From assembly GCA_021803205.1 (NCBI GenBank), contig JAJZMB010000020.1, positions 87,912 through 151,911 of the forward strand: 64,000 nt of DNA. Direction: 5' to 3'. Positions within the stretch are counted from its first letter, which is position 1. Each line of letters opens with the position of its first letter. This document shows, one piece after another, positions 47,012 to 57,970 of the stretch. The position numbers and the translations under genes are program-made. This DNA comes from Bacillota bacterium (GTDB lineage: Bacteria > Bacillota > Sulfobacillia > RBS10-35 > JAJYVN01). The notes beneath the pieces are model-generated. The model ran no database searches. It saw only the letters and a program-made list of their open reading frames with translations, and was not told the DNA's origin.

Positions 47012-47566
47012 ATGCCCAAGGTCGGTTCCAAATACCAGGTGGTGGCCCACGGGATGAGCGTGGCAACGCTGCGGGAGCAGCGGCGGTGCATCGACGCCGT
47101 CAACGCCGCGTCCGCGGACGGCTTGGTGCTGCTGCAGGGCGCGGAGGTCGAGATCCTGCGCGACGGGAGCCTGGACTACCCAGACGAGATCCTGGAGGGT
47201 CTCGACTTCCGCGTCGCCTCCCTGCACAATCCCTACGGGCAGTCCGAGGCCGAGTTGGCGGTGCGCATGCGGCACGCGCTGGAGCACCCGGCGGTGGACC
47301 TGCTGGGGCACCCGGCCGGTCGGCGTCCGGGCAAGCGGGACTCCTTCCCCATGGACGTGCCCGCCCTGGTCGCCGCGGCCGCGGCGCGCGGCAAGGTCAT
47401 CGAGGTCAACAGCTCCCCAGAGCGGCTCGACCTCGACGGGAGCTACAACCGCCTGCTGCCACCGGCCGGCGTGATCACGGCGCGCCGCGGCGGGCTGCCC
47501 GCGGCGGACGGCCTCACCAGCCGCCCCCTGGAGGGACTATGCGCATGGAAGAGCGGGCGGCGGTAG
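47012..47566 (+). pseudogene. remnant of a PolX-type PHP (histidinol-phosphatase-like) domain
   Basis: ...GMSVATLREQRRCIDAVN...LLQGAEVEILRDGSLDYPDEILEGLDFRVASLH...LLGHPAGR...IEVNSSPERLDLDG... matches the middle and C-terminal PHP blocks. The Pol-beta domain, first His motifs and last DAH block are absent. It is preceded by an AT-rich patch. Confidence 0.5.
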
Positions 47567-48189
47567 GGATGGGTTGGGGCGAGCGGGCGGCGGCGCTTCT
47601 GCCGCGCGTGCGGGAGGCCCTGGCAGGCGACGCCTCGGGGCACGACTTCGCCCACATGCTGCGCGTGCGGCACCTGGCCCTGCGCATCGCCGCCGCCGAG
47701 GGCGCCGCCGCCGAGGCGGTCGAACTTATCGCGTTGCTGCACGACGTCGAGAGCCGGTCGGGGCGGGCGGACCACGGGGGCCGCGGAGCGGAGATCGCGG
47801 GGGCCTGGCTGGCGGAGGGTGGCGCGCCCCAGGGGCTCATCGAGGAGGTCCGCGCCGCGATCGCCGATCTGTCCTGGAGCGGCGGCCGGACCCCGGCCAC
47901 CCCGGCCGGCCGGGTGGTGCAGGACGCCGATCGGCTCGACGCGATCGGCGCTGTGGGCATCGCCCGGGCCTTCGCCTACGGGGGGGCGCACGGCCGCTCC
48001 CCGGGCCTACCGGCTCCGGGATTGGACGCCGGCGCACCGGGTGATACCGTCGCGCACTTTCACGACAAGCTGCTCCTGCTGGCGGGTGCGCTGCACACCC
48101 GGACCGCGCGCGACCTGGCGGCCGGCCGCCACGGGTTCCTGCTCGCATTCCTGCGTCGGGCGGAGGCAGAGGCGGAGGGGCGGGCATAG
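47545..48189 (+). CDS. HD-domain phosphohydrolase (YedJ-like)
   Basis: GHDFAHMLRV...ALLHDV...QDADRLDAIGAVGIARAF...HFHDKLL. ATG lies 8 nt after GGAGGGA. Confidence 0.75.
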   Translation: MEERAAVGMGWGERAAALLPRVREALAGDASGHDFAHMLRVRHLALRIAAAEGAAAEAVELIALLHDVESRSGRADHGGRGAEIAGAWLAEGGAPQGLIEEVRAAIADLSWSGGRTPATPAGRVVQDADRLDAIGAVGIARAFAYGGAHGRSPGLPAPGLDAGAPGDTVAHFHDKLLLLAGALHTRTARDLAAGRHGFLLAFLRRAEAEAEGRA

Positions 48190-48265
48190 GGGCAGCAATT
48201 GCTACGCCCTATGCCCGCACTTTCCGCCGCAGGCGGGCGCCGACCAGCGGTGTATTCTTCCCGGT

Positions 48266-49387
48266 ATGGGAGACTCCCCGCGCCTCCGGCGCATCGAGTG
48301 GGGCCGGCTTCCCGGGCGGCGCCCACGGGCCGCCGGCAGTAACGCCCGCCTCGGGCCCCACGGGATCGATGTGCGGCTCAGTATCGCCCGCGTCACCGAC
48401 AGTGACGGGCTGACCGGCTTCGGCTGGTCGGCGGTGCGACCTGACGCGGCGAAGGCTCTGCTCGGCCGGCCGGCGGCGGAGGCGTTCACGACGGGGCGCG
48501 GCGCCTCCGGCCCGTTCGCGGCCCTCGAGTACCCCCTCTGGGACATGGCGGGCCGGCGGGAGCGCAAGCCTGTTCATGCCCTGCTGGGCGGCAATGGACC
48601 GCTGGAGGTGCCATGCTACGACACCTCCCTCTACTTCGACGACCTGGACCTGGTCGAGGACAGCGCGGCGGCCGAACGCATGGCGGCGGAGGCCCTGCGG
48701 GGTTGGGACCGGGGCCATCGGGCCTTCAAGATCAAGGTGGGTCGCGGCGCCCGGCACATGCCCGTCGAGGAGGGCATGCGGCGGGACATCGCGGTGGTGC
48801 GCGCGGTGCGTGCGGCCGTCGGGTCCAAGGCGCGCCTGATGGCGGACGCCAACAACGGTTTCAATCTGAACCTCGCCAAGCGCTTCCTCGCCGAGACGGC
48901 GGACTGCCGCCTGCACTGGCTCGAGGAGCCGTTCCACGAGGACCCGGTCCTGCTGGAGGACCTGCAGGGCTGGCTGCGCGCCGAGGGGCTGGCGACCCTG
49001 CTGGCCGACGGCGAGGGCTCCGCCGCCCCCGCCCTGATGGACTGGGTCCGCCGTGGGCTGATCAACGTCGTGCAATACGACATCCTCTCGCCGGGATTCT
49101 CCCGCTGGCTGGAGATCGGCCGCGCGTGCGACGCGGCGGACGCCCACTCCGCCCCGCACCACTACGGCGCCCTCTATGGCAACTATGCCGCCGGCCACCT
49201 CGCCGCCGCCATCCCCGGCTTCGCCGCCGTGGAGTGGGACGAAGCCGCGGCCGAAGGGCTTGATGCGTCCGCCTACCGCATCCGGGACGGGCGGGTCTGT
49301 CTGCCTGACCTGCCGGGGTTCGGGCTCGGGCTGGACGGGAATGCTTTCGCCCGGGCCGTGGCCGACGGCGGCTTTGTGGTGGAGTGA
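48266..49387 (+). CDS. enolase-superfamily enzyme (mandelate racemase/muconate lactonizing family)
   Basis: ...FKIKVGRG...MADANNGF...WLEEPF...QYDI... gives the metal-ligand pattern D, E and D/E expected on beta strands 3-5. Confidence 0.8.
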   Translation: MGDSPRLRRIEWGRLPGRRPRAAGSNARLGPHGIDVRLSIARVTDSDGLTGFGWSAVRPDAAKALLGRPAAEAFTTGRGASGPFAALEYPLWDMAGRRERKPVHALLGGNGPLEVPCYDTSLYFDDLDLVEDSAAAERMAAEALRGWDRGHRAFKIKVGRGARHMPVEEGMRRDIAVVRAVRAAVGSKARLMADANNGFNLNLAKRFLAETADCRLHWLEEPFHEDPVLLEDLQGWLRAEGLATLLADGEGSAAPALMDWVRRGLINVVQYDILSPGFSRWLEIGRACDAADAHSAPHHYGALYGNYAAGHLAAAIPGFAAVEWDEAAAEGLDASAYRIRDGRVCLPDLPGFGLGLDGNAFARAVADGGFVVE

Positions 49388-49526
49388 GGCGGGGGCGTAC
49401 CAACTCGGGCGCGGGATAGGCGGGGAGGCGTGGGGCATGGTCACGCCAGACACCCGCCGCTGCGGGCCTACCAAGGCCCCGGCCCGCCGATGAACCGGTC
49501 GGAATGCGCCGGCGTCGGGGACCGGG

Positions 49527-49570
49527 GATGAGTAGGGGCGTGCCGCCTCTGCGGCACGCCCCTACTCATC
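49527..49570. terminator. 20-bp perfect palindrome between convergent genes (likely bidirectional terminator)
   Basis: GATGAGTAGGGGCGTGCCGC-CTCT-GCGGCACGCCCCTACTCATC. The femX-like stop codon lies inside the right arm. Confidence 0.6.
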
Positions 49571-50662
49571 TGCCGACTCTGCGGCGGCTCCCCCACCCCC
49601 CCGCCCCCGGCGGAGGGCGGCCATGGCTTGGCGAGCCAGGGGTAGGGCCCGGCGCGCCAGGAGATACGCCAGTGGCCGGACCGGACGGTCCCACTCCCCC
49701 ACAAGCTCCAGCAATTCCGCGCCGAAGCCCTTTTTGAAGCGGTAGATACCGTACAGCGGGTTGTCCTCGGAGAGGTCTCCCGAAACCCCGCGGAAGTCGT
49801 AGACCGCGCAGCCTTCGCGGCGGGCCCGGCGAATGGCCTCCCACTGCACGGCGTAGGCGGGCATGAGTTCCCGCCGCCGGTTGGAACTCGCCCCGTAGAG
49901 GTACCAGGCCGTGTTGCCCATGCGGAAGATGATCGCGCCGGCCAGGAGTTCACCGTCCGCCTCCGCGAGCAGGAGCCAGCCCAGGCCACGGCCGAGGCAC
50001 TCCCGCCACATCGCCTCGAAGTAGGAGATACCGCGCACCAGGAAGCGATCCCGGGCGGCGGTCTCCCGCAGGATGGCGTAGAAGGCCGGGATGTCGGCAC
50101 CCGTACCGGCGCGCACCGCGACCCCTCTGCGCTCCGCCACCCGGACGTTGTAGCGCGTCTTGTGGTGCATGGCCCCGAGGAGGGCGGTCTCGTCCTTGCC
50201 CCGCAGCGACAGTTGCATGTGGAAGCGGGGCTGCACGCCCTCGAAAGAGAGCCCGGCGCGGAGCGGGCGCCAACCGTGGCGGCGGAGCGCCGCCGCGCAA
50301 CCGGGATGGTCGCGGGGCACCCCGGGATCCACTTTCAGGGCGACCGCGCGACGGCGGTGCGCGAAAGCGACCAGGGCGGCAAGGGCGGCCTCCGTGGCCG
50401 GGGCGTCGTCCCAGTCGACGACGGGGCCGCGCGGGGCGTAGAGCAGGGGGCCGAGGCCCGGCAGGCGGCGCTCGAGGATGGAGCAGGCGGCGACCGGCCG
50501 GCCGGCGGGGCCGGGCACCAGCAGGCGGTGCGGCCGCCAGCCGGTGGCGGCCTTCAGGTCACCCCAGCCCCAGGCCTGCAGGAACTCCGGCCGGGCCGCC
50601 GCGGCCACGAAGGCGTAGAAGGCGGCGCGCCGGTCGGCGGGGAGGAGGTCGAAGTCGGGCAC
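49562..50662 (-). CDS. FemAB-family peptidoglycan bridge-formation aminoacyltransferase (FemX-like)
   Basis: ...FLQAWGWGDLK...HHKTRYNVRVAERRGV...WYLYGASSN...MPAYAVQWEAIRRARREGCAVYDFRGV...LYGIYRFKKGFG. GTG lies 7 nt after GGAGG. Confidence 0.8.
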   Translation of the reverse strand: MPDFDLLPADRRAAFYAFVAAAARPEFLQAWGWGDLKAATGWRPHRLLVPGPAGRPVAACSILERRLPGLGPLLYAPRGPVVDWDDAPATEAALAALVAFAHRRRAVALKVDPGVPRDHPGCAAALRRHGWRPLRAGLSFEGVQPRFHMQLSLRGKDETALLGAMHHKTRYNVRVAERRGVAVRAGTGADIPAFYAILRETAARDRFLVRGISYFEAMWRECLGRGLGWLLLAEADGELLAGAIIFRMGNTAWYLYGASSNRRRELMPAYAVQWEAIRRARREGCAVYDFRGVSGDLSEDNPLYGIYRFKKGFGAELLELVGEWDRPVRPLAYLLARRALPLARQAMAALRRGRGGGGAAAESADE

Positions 50663-50831
50663 GAAGTCGCCTCCGTGACGGTCGGGATGGGAGCGGTCGG
50701 CGGTACCCGGCCGTTCGGTGCCGCGGCTTCCGTGCGGCAACGGTCGAATCCTGCCGCAGCAGCCTCCGCGGCAACCGCCCGGCTCCCCCACTACCCGAGG
50801 GGCGTCCGTGCGTCTCCGGCGGCGGGCGGCG

Positions 50832-51776
50832 TCAGACCGGAGACGCATCCGGTTGCGAACCGGGGCCACCGGAACGGCGGCCGCCTTCCAGACGCCGGAC
50901 CACGCGGCCCAGCCTGTGCGTGTAGGCGAGGATCTGGTAACGGGCCGCGATGGCTCCGGCCAGCGTGGGCTTCAGTCGTTCGACGCCCCAATACTTGACG
51001 AGGGCCTCCACAACCTGATGGTAGTACTCACTCGGGCCATAGCCCGCCTGCTCGGCGATGAGCTTCATCCGGCGGTTGAAGTCCGGCATGGCGTGGCCGG
51101 GCATGTTGAAGTCCTGCAGGACACGGGCGACGGGCCACACGTAGTTGGGATCGGCGTACAGGTGGGCGGCGATCACATCGCGGTAGAAACCGTAGTGCAG
51201 ACTCTCGTCCCGCGCCAAGCGGCGCAGAATCCGCGCCAGGTCGGGATCCTGGGCTTCCCCCGCCCGGGCGACGCTGAGGTAGAAAGCCCGCGTCGCCAGC
51301 TCCTGGATCGTGGTGCAGACCATCACCTCGATAGGCGTGTCGTACTCTACGGTGAAGCCTTGCTCGACGACCTGGTGGCGCAATTGGTGCAGGCGGCCCG
51401 GATCGCTGTTGCGCGTCAGCAGCAGATACGTCTGCAGGAGGTCGCTGTGCTGATCCTCCTCGGCCGTCCAGGCGCGCAGGAAGTCGTGCAGCACCGTGAG
51501 GCTGCCGCGGAAGATGCCGTCCAGCGACACGGTGAACCACGGCAGATTGGCCTCGGTCAGCAACGCCGTCTCCACCGCCACATACAGAGGTTCGCGCAGG
51601 CGGCGCTGATCGGGGGACCAGGGCTCGCGCTCGAAGTTCCGGCCCTTTTCCCAGGGTAGAAGGTAGGCGTAGCTCCAATCCACCCTGCGTGCGGCCTCGC
51701 GGTGGCGCGCGTACAACTCACGCAATCGCGGTTCCAGCGCGGCGTCGGCCCGGGTGAAAACGGCGAAATCGGTCAA
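50832..51776 (-). CDS. acyl-ACP desaturase (soluble di-iron, DesA-like)
   Basis: ...WTAEEDQHSDLL... and ...LARDESLHYGFY... give two EXXH di-iron motifs. TTG lies 9 nt after GAAGGGA. Confidence 0.8.
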   Translation of the reverse strand: MTDFAVFTRADAALEPRLRELYARHREAARRVDWSYAYLLPWEKGRNFEREPWSPDQRRLREPLYVAVETALLTEANLPWFTVSLDGIFRGSLTVLHDFLRAWTAEEDQHSDLLQTYLLLTRNSDPGRLHQLRHQVVEQGFTVEYDTPIEVMVCTTIQELATRAFYLSVARAGEAQDPDLARILRRLARDESLHYGFYRDVIAAHLYADPNYVWPVARVLQDFNMPGHAMPDFNRRMKLIAEQAGYGPSEYYHQVVEALVKYWGVERLKPTLAGAIAARYQILAYTHRLGRVVRRLEGGRRSGGPGSQPDASPV

Positions 51777-52286
51777 ACGGGAACATCCCTTCGCGCCCGG
51801 TGCGCCTGGCGCCTCAGGCGCGGCGCTTGGTCTGTGGACACTACTCTGCCCGCCCGGCACTCGGGCGAAACGGCGACATCGCCTCGCCCCCAACGGCCCG
51901 CGCCAGCCGGCGCGGCCGGAGGCCTGCGGTGGCATGCGCTGCCATACGGCGGGCCGAGCGCAGCGTCTCGGACCGGCGACACCGGGGCTGTCGCGCCTTC
52001 AGGGGGGGCAAACGGCGGGGCCGGGGCTGGCGCACACGGCTCGCGAGCCGCCGCCTTCAGACGGGGGGCAGCCTCTGCCAGCGCCGATGGCCCCGACATC
52101 CTGATGGTGACCGACCGCATGAGGGTTGGCAATGGCAATGGCCCACAATCCTGTCCGCTCCCCCCTCCGTTGTGCGGCCCGGAGCGGACAGGCTCACCGC
52201 CGGCGAACTCCGTCCTCCGGGCGAGGCAGGGGCGGCCGGGGCAGGCAGGCCGCGACCGAGTCGCGGCCCGCCATGCCCTTGTGCCC

Positions 52287-52679
52287 CTACTCCTCACCCA
52301 GGACTGCCATCATGTCGATCTCCACCAGGATCCCGGCCAACTGCGAACCCACCGTCGTGCGCGCCGGCCGCGGCTCCGGCATGACCTCGCGGTAGACGCG
52401 GTCGTAGCCCGGGAAATCCCGCTGCAGGTCCTGCAGGTGCACGGTGACCTTGACGACGTCCCCGAACGTCGCCCCCGCCGCCGCGAGCACCGCGGCCAAG
52501 TTACGCAGGGTCTGGCGCGTCTGCTCCTGGATCGTCTCCCCCACCACCTGCCGCGTCACCGGGTCCTGCGGCCCGAGCCCGGCGGTGTAGACGATGTTGC
52601 CCCTGCGGATCCCCTGGGAGTAGCCTCCGCCGGGGGGCGGGGCGTCGGGCGTGCGGATCTCCTGCTTCGGGGTCGGCAT
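52287..52679 (-). CDS. ridA: RidA/YjgF-family reactive-intermediate deaminase
   Basis: 130 aa: ...GYSQGIRRGNIVYTAGLGPQDP...QTRQTLRNLAAVL...VKVTVHL...ARTTV...VEIDMMA. Confidence 0.85.
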   Translation of the reverse strand: MPTPKQEIRTPDAPPPGGGYSQGIRRGNIVYTAGLGPQDPVTRQVVGETIQEQTRQTLRNLAAVLAAAGATFGDVVKVTVHLQDLQRDFPGYDRVYREVMPEPRPARTTVGSQLAGILVEIDMMAVLGEE

Positions 52680-52727
52680 CGCTTGGGCATCCCCTTTCCG
52701 GTCCTTGGTCGGGTGGGCCCGGGTGGC

Positions 52728-53792
52728 CTACCGGCTGCAGCCGCGCGCGGCGATCGGGACCACCTCGAGCACGGCGGCGCCACGCACCAGCGCGGCCTCG
52801 TCGTAGAGGTTGACCGCGGCGCAGATGTGGTTGGGCAGGACCGAGACCCGCTCCCCCACCGCCGGGAGGCGCGGGCAGGCGGTCATGTCCACCACGGCGT
52901 GCTCCTCGTAGAGACGCCGCACCACAGCCGCCGGGTAGCCAGCGATGTCGCCGTGGCCCAAACCCGGGTCGTGCTGCAACAGGTCGGCGGCGAGGGCCTT
53001 GCTCCCGGCGTCCAGGATGACGCGTTCGGGGTCATTGGCGCTGACCACCGTCGCCAGGACAGTGGCGGCGCAGTCGTCCGGTCCGGCGACCCCCTGGCGG
53101 ATGGTCGCGCGATCGTTATAGATGTAGGTACCGACCCGCAGTTCGGTGATCTCGGGCACCTCGTGGGTGGAGAGGGCGCCCGGGGTGCCGCCCGAACTGA
53201 CGGTGCCGGCCGGGAGGCCCGCGGCGCGCAGGCCCTCCAGCGCCAGAGCCAGCCAGGAGCGCGTGGCCGGCAGGGTCGGATAGGTGAACAGGCCCGCGAA
53301 GCGCAGGCCGGGCAGCGCCGCGATGCGCTGCGCCAGTTCCACCGCCAAGGCCGGGGTGGAGACCCCCGTGCGGTGGTAGCCGGTGTCACCGTCCACCAGG
53401 ACGTCCAGGGTCAGGCCGGCGCGCGACGCCGCCTCGGACAGCCCGAGCGCCACCGCGAGGCTGTCGGCGACGGCGGTTACGCGCACGCGGCCGGCGAGGT
53501 CGGTCAGGCGACGGAGGTTTCGCCTCCCCACGATCTCGTAAGAGAGCAGGATGTCGTCGCAGCCGCCGTCGGCCATGACCTCGGCCTCGCCGAGCTTCTG
53601 GCAGGTGATGCCGCAGGCCCCCAGCCGCACCTGGAGCCGGGCGAAGGCCGGGAGCTTATGGGTCTTGATGTGCGGGCGGAGCGCCAGGCGGTGGGCGCTG
53701 CAGTAGTCCTGCATCCGGCGGAGGTTCGCCTCGACCCGGTCGACATCGATGCACAGGGCCGGGGTGAGCAGGTCGTCCAGGGAACGGGCCAT
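52728..53792 (-). CDS. D-TA family PLP enzyme (alanine-racemase-fold; D-threonine aldolase/D-serine dehydratase-like)
   Basis: TPALCIDVDRVEANLRRM...LRPHIKTHK (PLP Lys)...GITCQKLGEAE...ELRVGTYIYND... Confidence 0.8.
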   Translation of the reverse strand: MARSLDDLLTPALCIDVDRVEANLRRMQDYCSAHRLALRPHIKTHKLPAFARLQVRLGACGITCQKLGEAEVMADGGCDDILLSYEIVGRRNLRRLTDLAGRVRVTAVADSLAVALGLSEAASRAGLTLDVLVDGDTGYHRTGVSTPALAVELAQRIAALPGLRFAGLFTYPTLPATRSWLALALEGLRAAGLPAGTVSSGGTPGALSTHEVPEITELRVGTYIYNDRATIRQGVAGPDDCAATVLATVVSANDPERVILDAGSKALAADLLQHDPGLGHGDIAGYPAAVVRRLYEEHAVVDMTACPRLPAVGERVSVLPNHICAAVNLYDEAALVRGAAVLEVVPIAARGCSR

Positions 53793-54764
53793 CGGGGCCA
53801 CCCCCCGGCGGCGGGATTGGACGCAGGGGCGGCAAAGCCTGCGCGGGACGGGTGCGGAATGCGAACCGGGGCCGGAGACCCGGGGCAGAGTACGCCGGAG
53901 CCCGGGGCAGGGCGGGACGCGGGGGCCAGGGCGGGGCCGGTCGGCCGCGGTACCGCCGGACTCGGCGCGCAGGTGCTGGCGCTGGCCTCCGGCCGGCCGG
54001 CGGTGGTGGACGTCCCCACCGCCTTCGTGCCGACACCCGGCCTCCTGCCGCCGGCGGAACTGCCATTCTCCACCGACCGCCGGGCGCTCGAGGCAGACAA
54101 TCGCGCGCCCGGTGGCACGGATCTGAGGGAGTGCCCCGTCGCCGGCGCAGGGACCGAATGGCCGCAGGGCAGCGGTGGTGAACGGCGACGCGATCAGGGG
54201 ACGGGTATGGGGTCCGCGAGGGGATGGCGCCCTGCCGCCGGGGGACAACCCGCTCGGTGCCGGACGCGGAAGAGGCTTGCGCAGTGAGAGGCAGGCGCGT
54301 CTGCCCTCGGCGGTCCGGCGCTCCGGGTGACCGCGCCAGCGGGTACGGGCCGGGGCGTGCCGGTCAGCCTCAAGCCTCGACGAACAGATCCCCCACCTCC
54401 ACACGCAGGCGCGGCGACGTTATGCCCTCGGCGCGACGAAATCTGTCGAACGGGGCGGTCCCCGCCGCCATCGGGTCGCGGGGGTCGGGAGGGCTGGCGC
54501 CGCTGGTCGGCCGGAGGCACCCACGCGAACGGACCGGCCGGGCACGGCCAAGGCTTCGGCGCCGAGGCGACGGCCGGAGGCCACACCGCCCGACGTCCCC
54601 TCGGCCGATGTGGGGAACTGGTCCTGCAACGTGGCGTTTTTGAGCCCCGCCACTGCGTAGGTCGCCTGCCCGGCGCCTCGCCCCGGCCAGGACAGCCGCT
54701 GGCCGATCCTGAGCCGGCGGACGACCGAGGGCGGCGCGCGCTGGTCCCCTCTGGCTCCCGCCGG

Positions 54765-54800
54765 GGGGTGAGGGCCGGGCGGGTGCCCGGCCCTCACCCC
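54765..54800. terminator. 16-bp perfect hairpin overlapping the D-aminoacylase stop codon
   Basis: GGGGTGAGGGCCGGGC-GGGT-GCCCGGCCCTCACCCC. There is no T-tract. Confidence 0.5.
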
Positions 54801-56392
54801 GGCCGCAGGGCCTCCCCCGCTCGCGCCGAGGGATCAAAGACGCCGTGCAGCAGCACCGGCACGCCGCCCACGAAGACATGGCGCATGCCCTGCGCCGGGA
54901 GGCGCGGCTCTGCGTACGTCGCCGCATCGGCGAACGTCTCCCCGTCAAAGACAGCCACGTCGGCGGCCGCCCCGGGCAGGAGGGCGCCCCGGCCGTGCAG
55001 CCCGTGGATGCGCGCCGCGCCGCCGGAGATGCGGCAGGCCGCCTCGGCGGGGCTCAGGCGGCGCAGGTCGTGGACGTAACGCCGCCAGAAGCGCGCAAAG
55101 GCGCCATGGGCGCGCGGGTGCTGCCGCCCCGAGGCGAAGATGCCGTCGCTCCCCACAGCGCATGCCGGATGCAGCAGGAAGAGGTCGTCGTCGGCCTCCT
55201 GCGTCTGGTGCACGATGACGCCGACATCGAGGTCCTCCGCCACCAGGAGATCGACCACCGCCTCCGCGACAGGCCGCCGCGAGGCGGCGGCCATCTCCGC
55301 GACGCTCTGCCCCACAAAGCGGCCACTCGCCGTGTGGGAGATCACGTAGGACGACCAGTCCAGCCCCGTGAACGCCGGGTCCCGCGCCAGGCGCGCCGAT
55401 GTCCCCGGATCGCGCAACCGCCGCAGGAAGGCGTCGGGACCGCCGTCCTGCATCTCAGGCGCGAAGTACTGGTAAAGCACGCTGCTACCGGCCTGGTACG
55501 GGTAGAGATCCCACGTGACGCGCAGGCCCTCTGCGATGGCGCGGTCGAGGTGGTCGATCAGTTCGGTGGCGCGGCCCCAGGCGGCCCGGGCCGAGATGTG
55601 CAGGTGGGAAAGGTGCACGGCGCACCCGGTCTCGCGGGCCAGGGTGAGGGCCTCGTCCGCCGCGTCGAAGATGTCGCTGCCGTAGCCGCGCATGTGGCTG
55701 ACATAGGGCAGGCCGCGGCGCGCCAGCGACGGGGTGAGGGCGAGGAGTTCGGCGATGTCGGAGGCACGGGCCGGGATGTAGGTGAGGCCGGTGGAGAGGC
55801 CACAGGCGCCCTCGTCGAGGGCGGCCTCCAGGGCGAGCGCCATCTGCCGGAGTTGGGCGGGAGCCAAGGGGCGGAGGTCGAAGCCGGCGTGCGGCAGACG
55901 GAGGTTGACGTGGCCCGCAAGCGCGGCGACGTTGAGGCCCAGGCGGCCGCGGAGGGCGTCCATGTAGCCGGAGAGGCGGTCGTGGAGGAGGCCGGTGCCG
56001 TCGGGGGACTGTGGGCGGCCGTTGACGGGCCGCCAGTAGCGGACGAAGGCGGCACGGGCGGCGGGGTCCGAGGATAGGGGCGCCCAGCCGAAGCCGTCCT
56101 GCGCGACGATGGAGGTGGTGACGCCCTGGAGGATCTTGGCCTCGTAACAGGCGGGATCGGTGGCCGCCGTGTCGTCGTGCGTGTGGGCGTCGATGAAGCC
56201 CGGGGCAACGAGGAGGCCTGTGCAGTCGAGTGCGCGGGCGGCGGGCAGCGCAGCCGGGGCGCCTTCCGGCTCCGTCGTGCGAGGGATGATCGCAGCGATG
56301 CGGCCTTGCGAGATGCGCACGTCGGCGCCGCGGGCGCCGCCTCGGCCGTCGAGCACGGTGCCGCCGTGGAGGTACCAGTCGGTGTTGGGCAC
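54794..56392 (-). CDS. N-acyl-D-amino-acid deacylase (D-aminoacylase, amidohydrolase superfamily)
   Basis: MPNTDWYLHGGTVLDG...GRIAAI...LLVAPGFIDAHTHDD...HLSHLH...VGSDG... Confidence 0.85.
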   Translation of the reverse strand: MPNTDWYLHGGTVLDGRGGARGADVRISQGRIAAIIPRTTEPEGAPAALPAARALDCTGLLVAPGFIDAHTHDDTAATDPACYEAKILQGVTTSIVAQDGFGWAPLSSDPAARAAFVRYWRPVNGRPQSPDGTGLLHDRLSGYMDALRGRLGLNVAALAGHVNLRLPHAGFDLRPLAPAQLRQMALALEAALDEGACGLSTGLTYIPARASDIAELLALTPSLARRGLPYVSHMRGYGSDIFDAADEALTLARETGCAVHLSHLHISARAAWGRATELIDHLDRAIAEGLRVTWDLYPYQAGSSVLYQYFAPEMQDGGPDAFLRRLRDPGTSARLARDPAFTGLDWSSYVISHTASGRFVGQSVAEMAAASRRPVAEAVVDLLVAEDLDVGVIVHQTQEADDDLFLLHPACAVGSDGIFASGRQHPRAHGAFARFWRRYVHDLRRLSPAEAACRISGGAARIHGLHGRGALLPGAAADVAVFDGETFADAATYAEPRLPAQGMRHVFVGGVPVLLHGVFDPSARAGEALRPG

Positions 56393-56641
56393 GCACGGGC
56401 CCCCTTTGCGGTACGGGCGGTGCGTGGGGGGTTATGCGGGGGAGGGCCCAGGACCTGCGGGGAGGAGGGGGAGGACCGGAGGGCGCAGCCCCGGTCCTCC
56501 CCCTCGCCTGCTCCCTCGGACCGGCGGACGGGTCGGCGGGCCGGCCCCCTGTCCGCCGCCCGGAAGCGCGCAGGGTCCCCGCCTTGGCGAGGCCCCTACC
56601 GGAGCGTGCGCAGTGTTCAGGCGTGGCCGCCCTGGACTCCA

Positions 56642-57640
<999 letters not shown>

Positions 57641-57970
57641 CACGATACCTCCTCCGCATGCCGGACGGGCACGCCCCGCCCGGGCGGGTCTTTGGACTAT
57701 CGGCTTTCGGCGGCGGGTGGGACCTGTCCTTCGGCGGCTCGGTCGATCTCCGCGCCCGGGTCGGGGCAGAGCGGGGTGGCGCGGCACCGCGCGGGCCGGT
57801 CGCACCCATCGTCGGTGCGCCGACAGCAGGGAACGCGCGAAGACGGAAACCCGCCACGAACCCCCGTCTCCGGATGCGGATGCTCCGCGCCACGGGGGGG
57901 AGGCTGCGTATGTTCGAACGTGTTCCGGTCCCGTTTGACGGTTCGGAGCCGGCAGCCCACGCCCTCCCGG

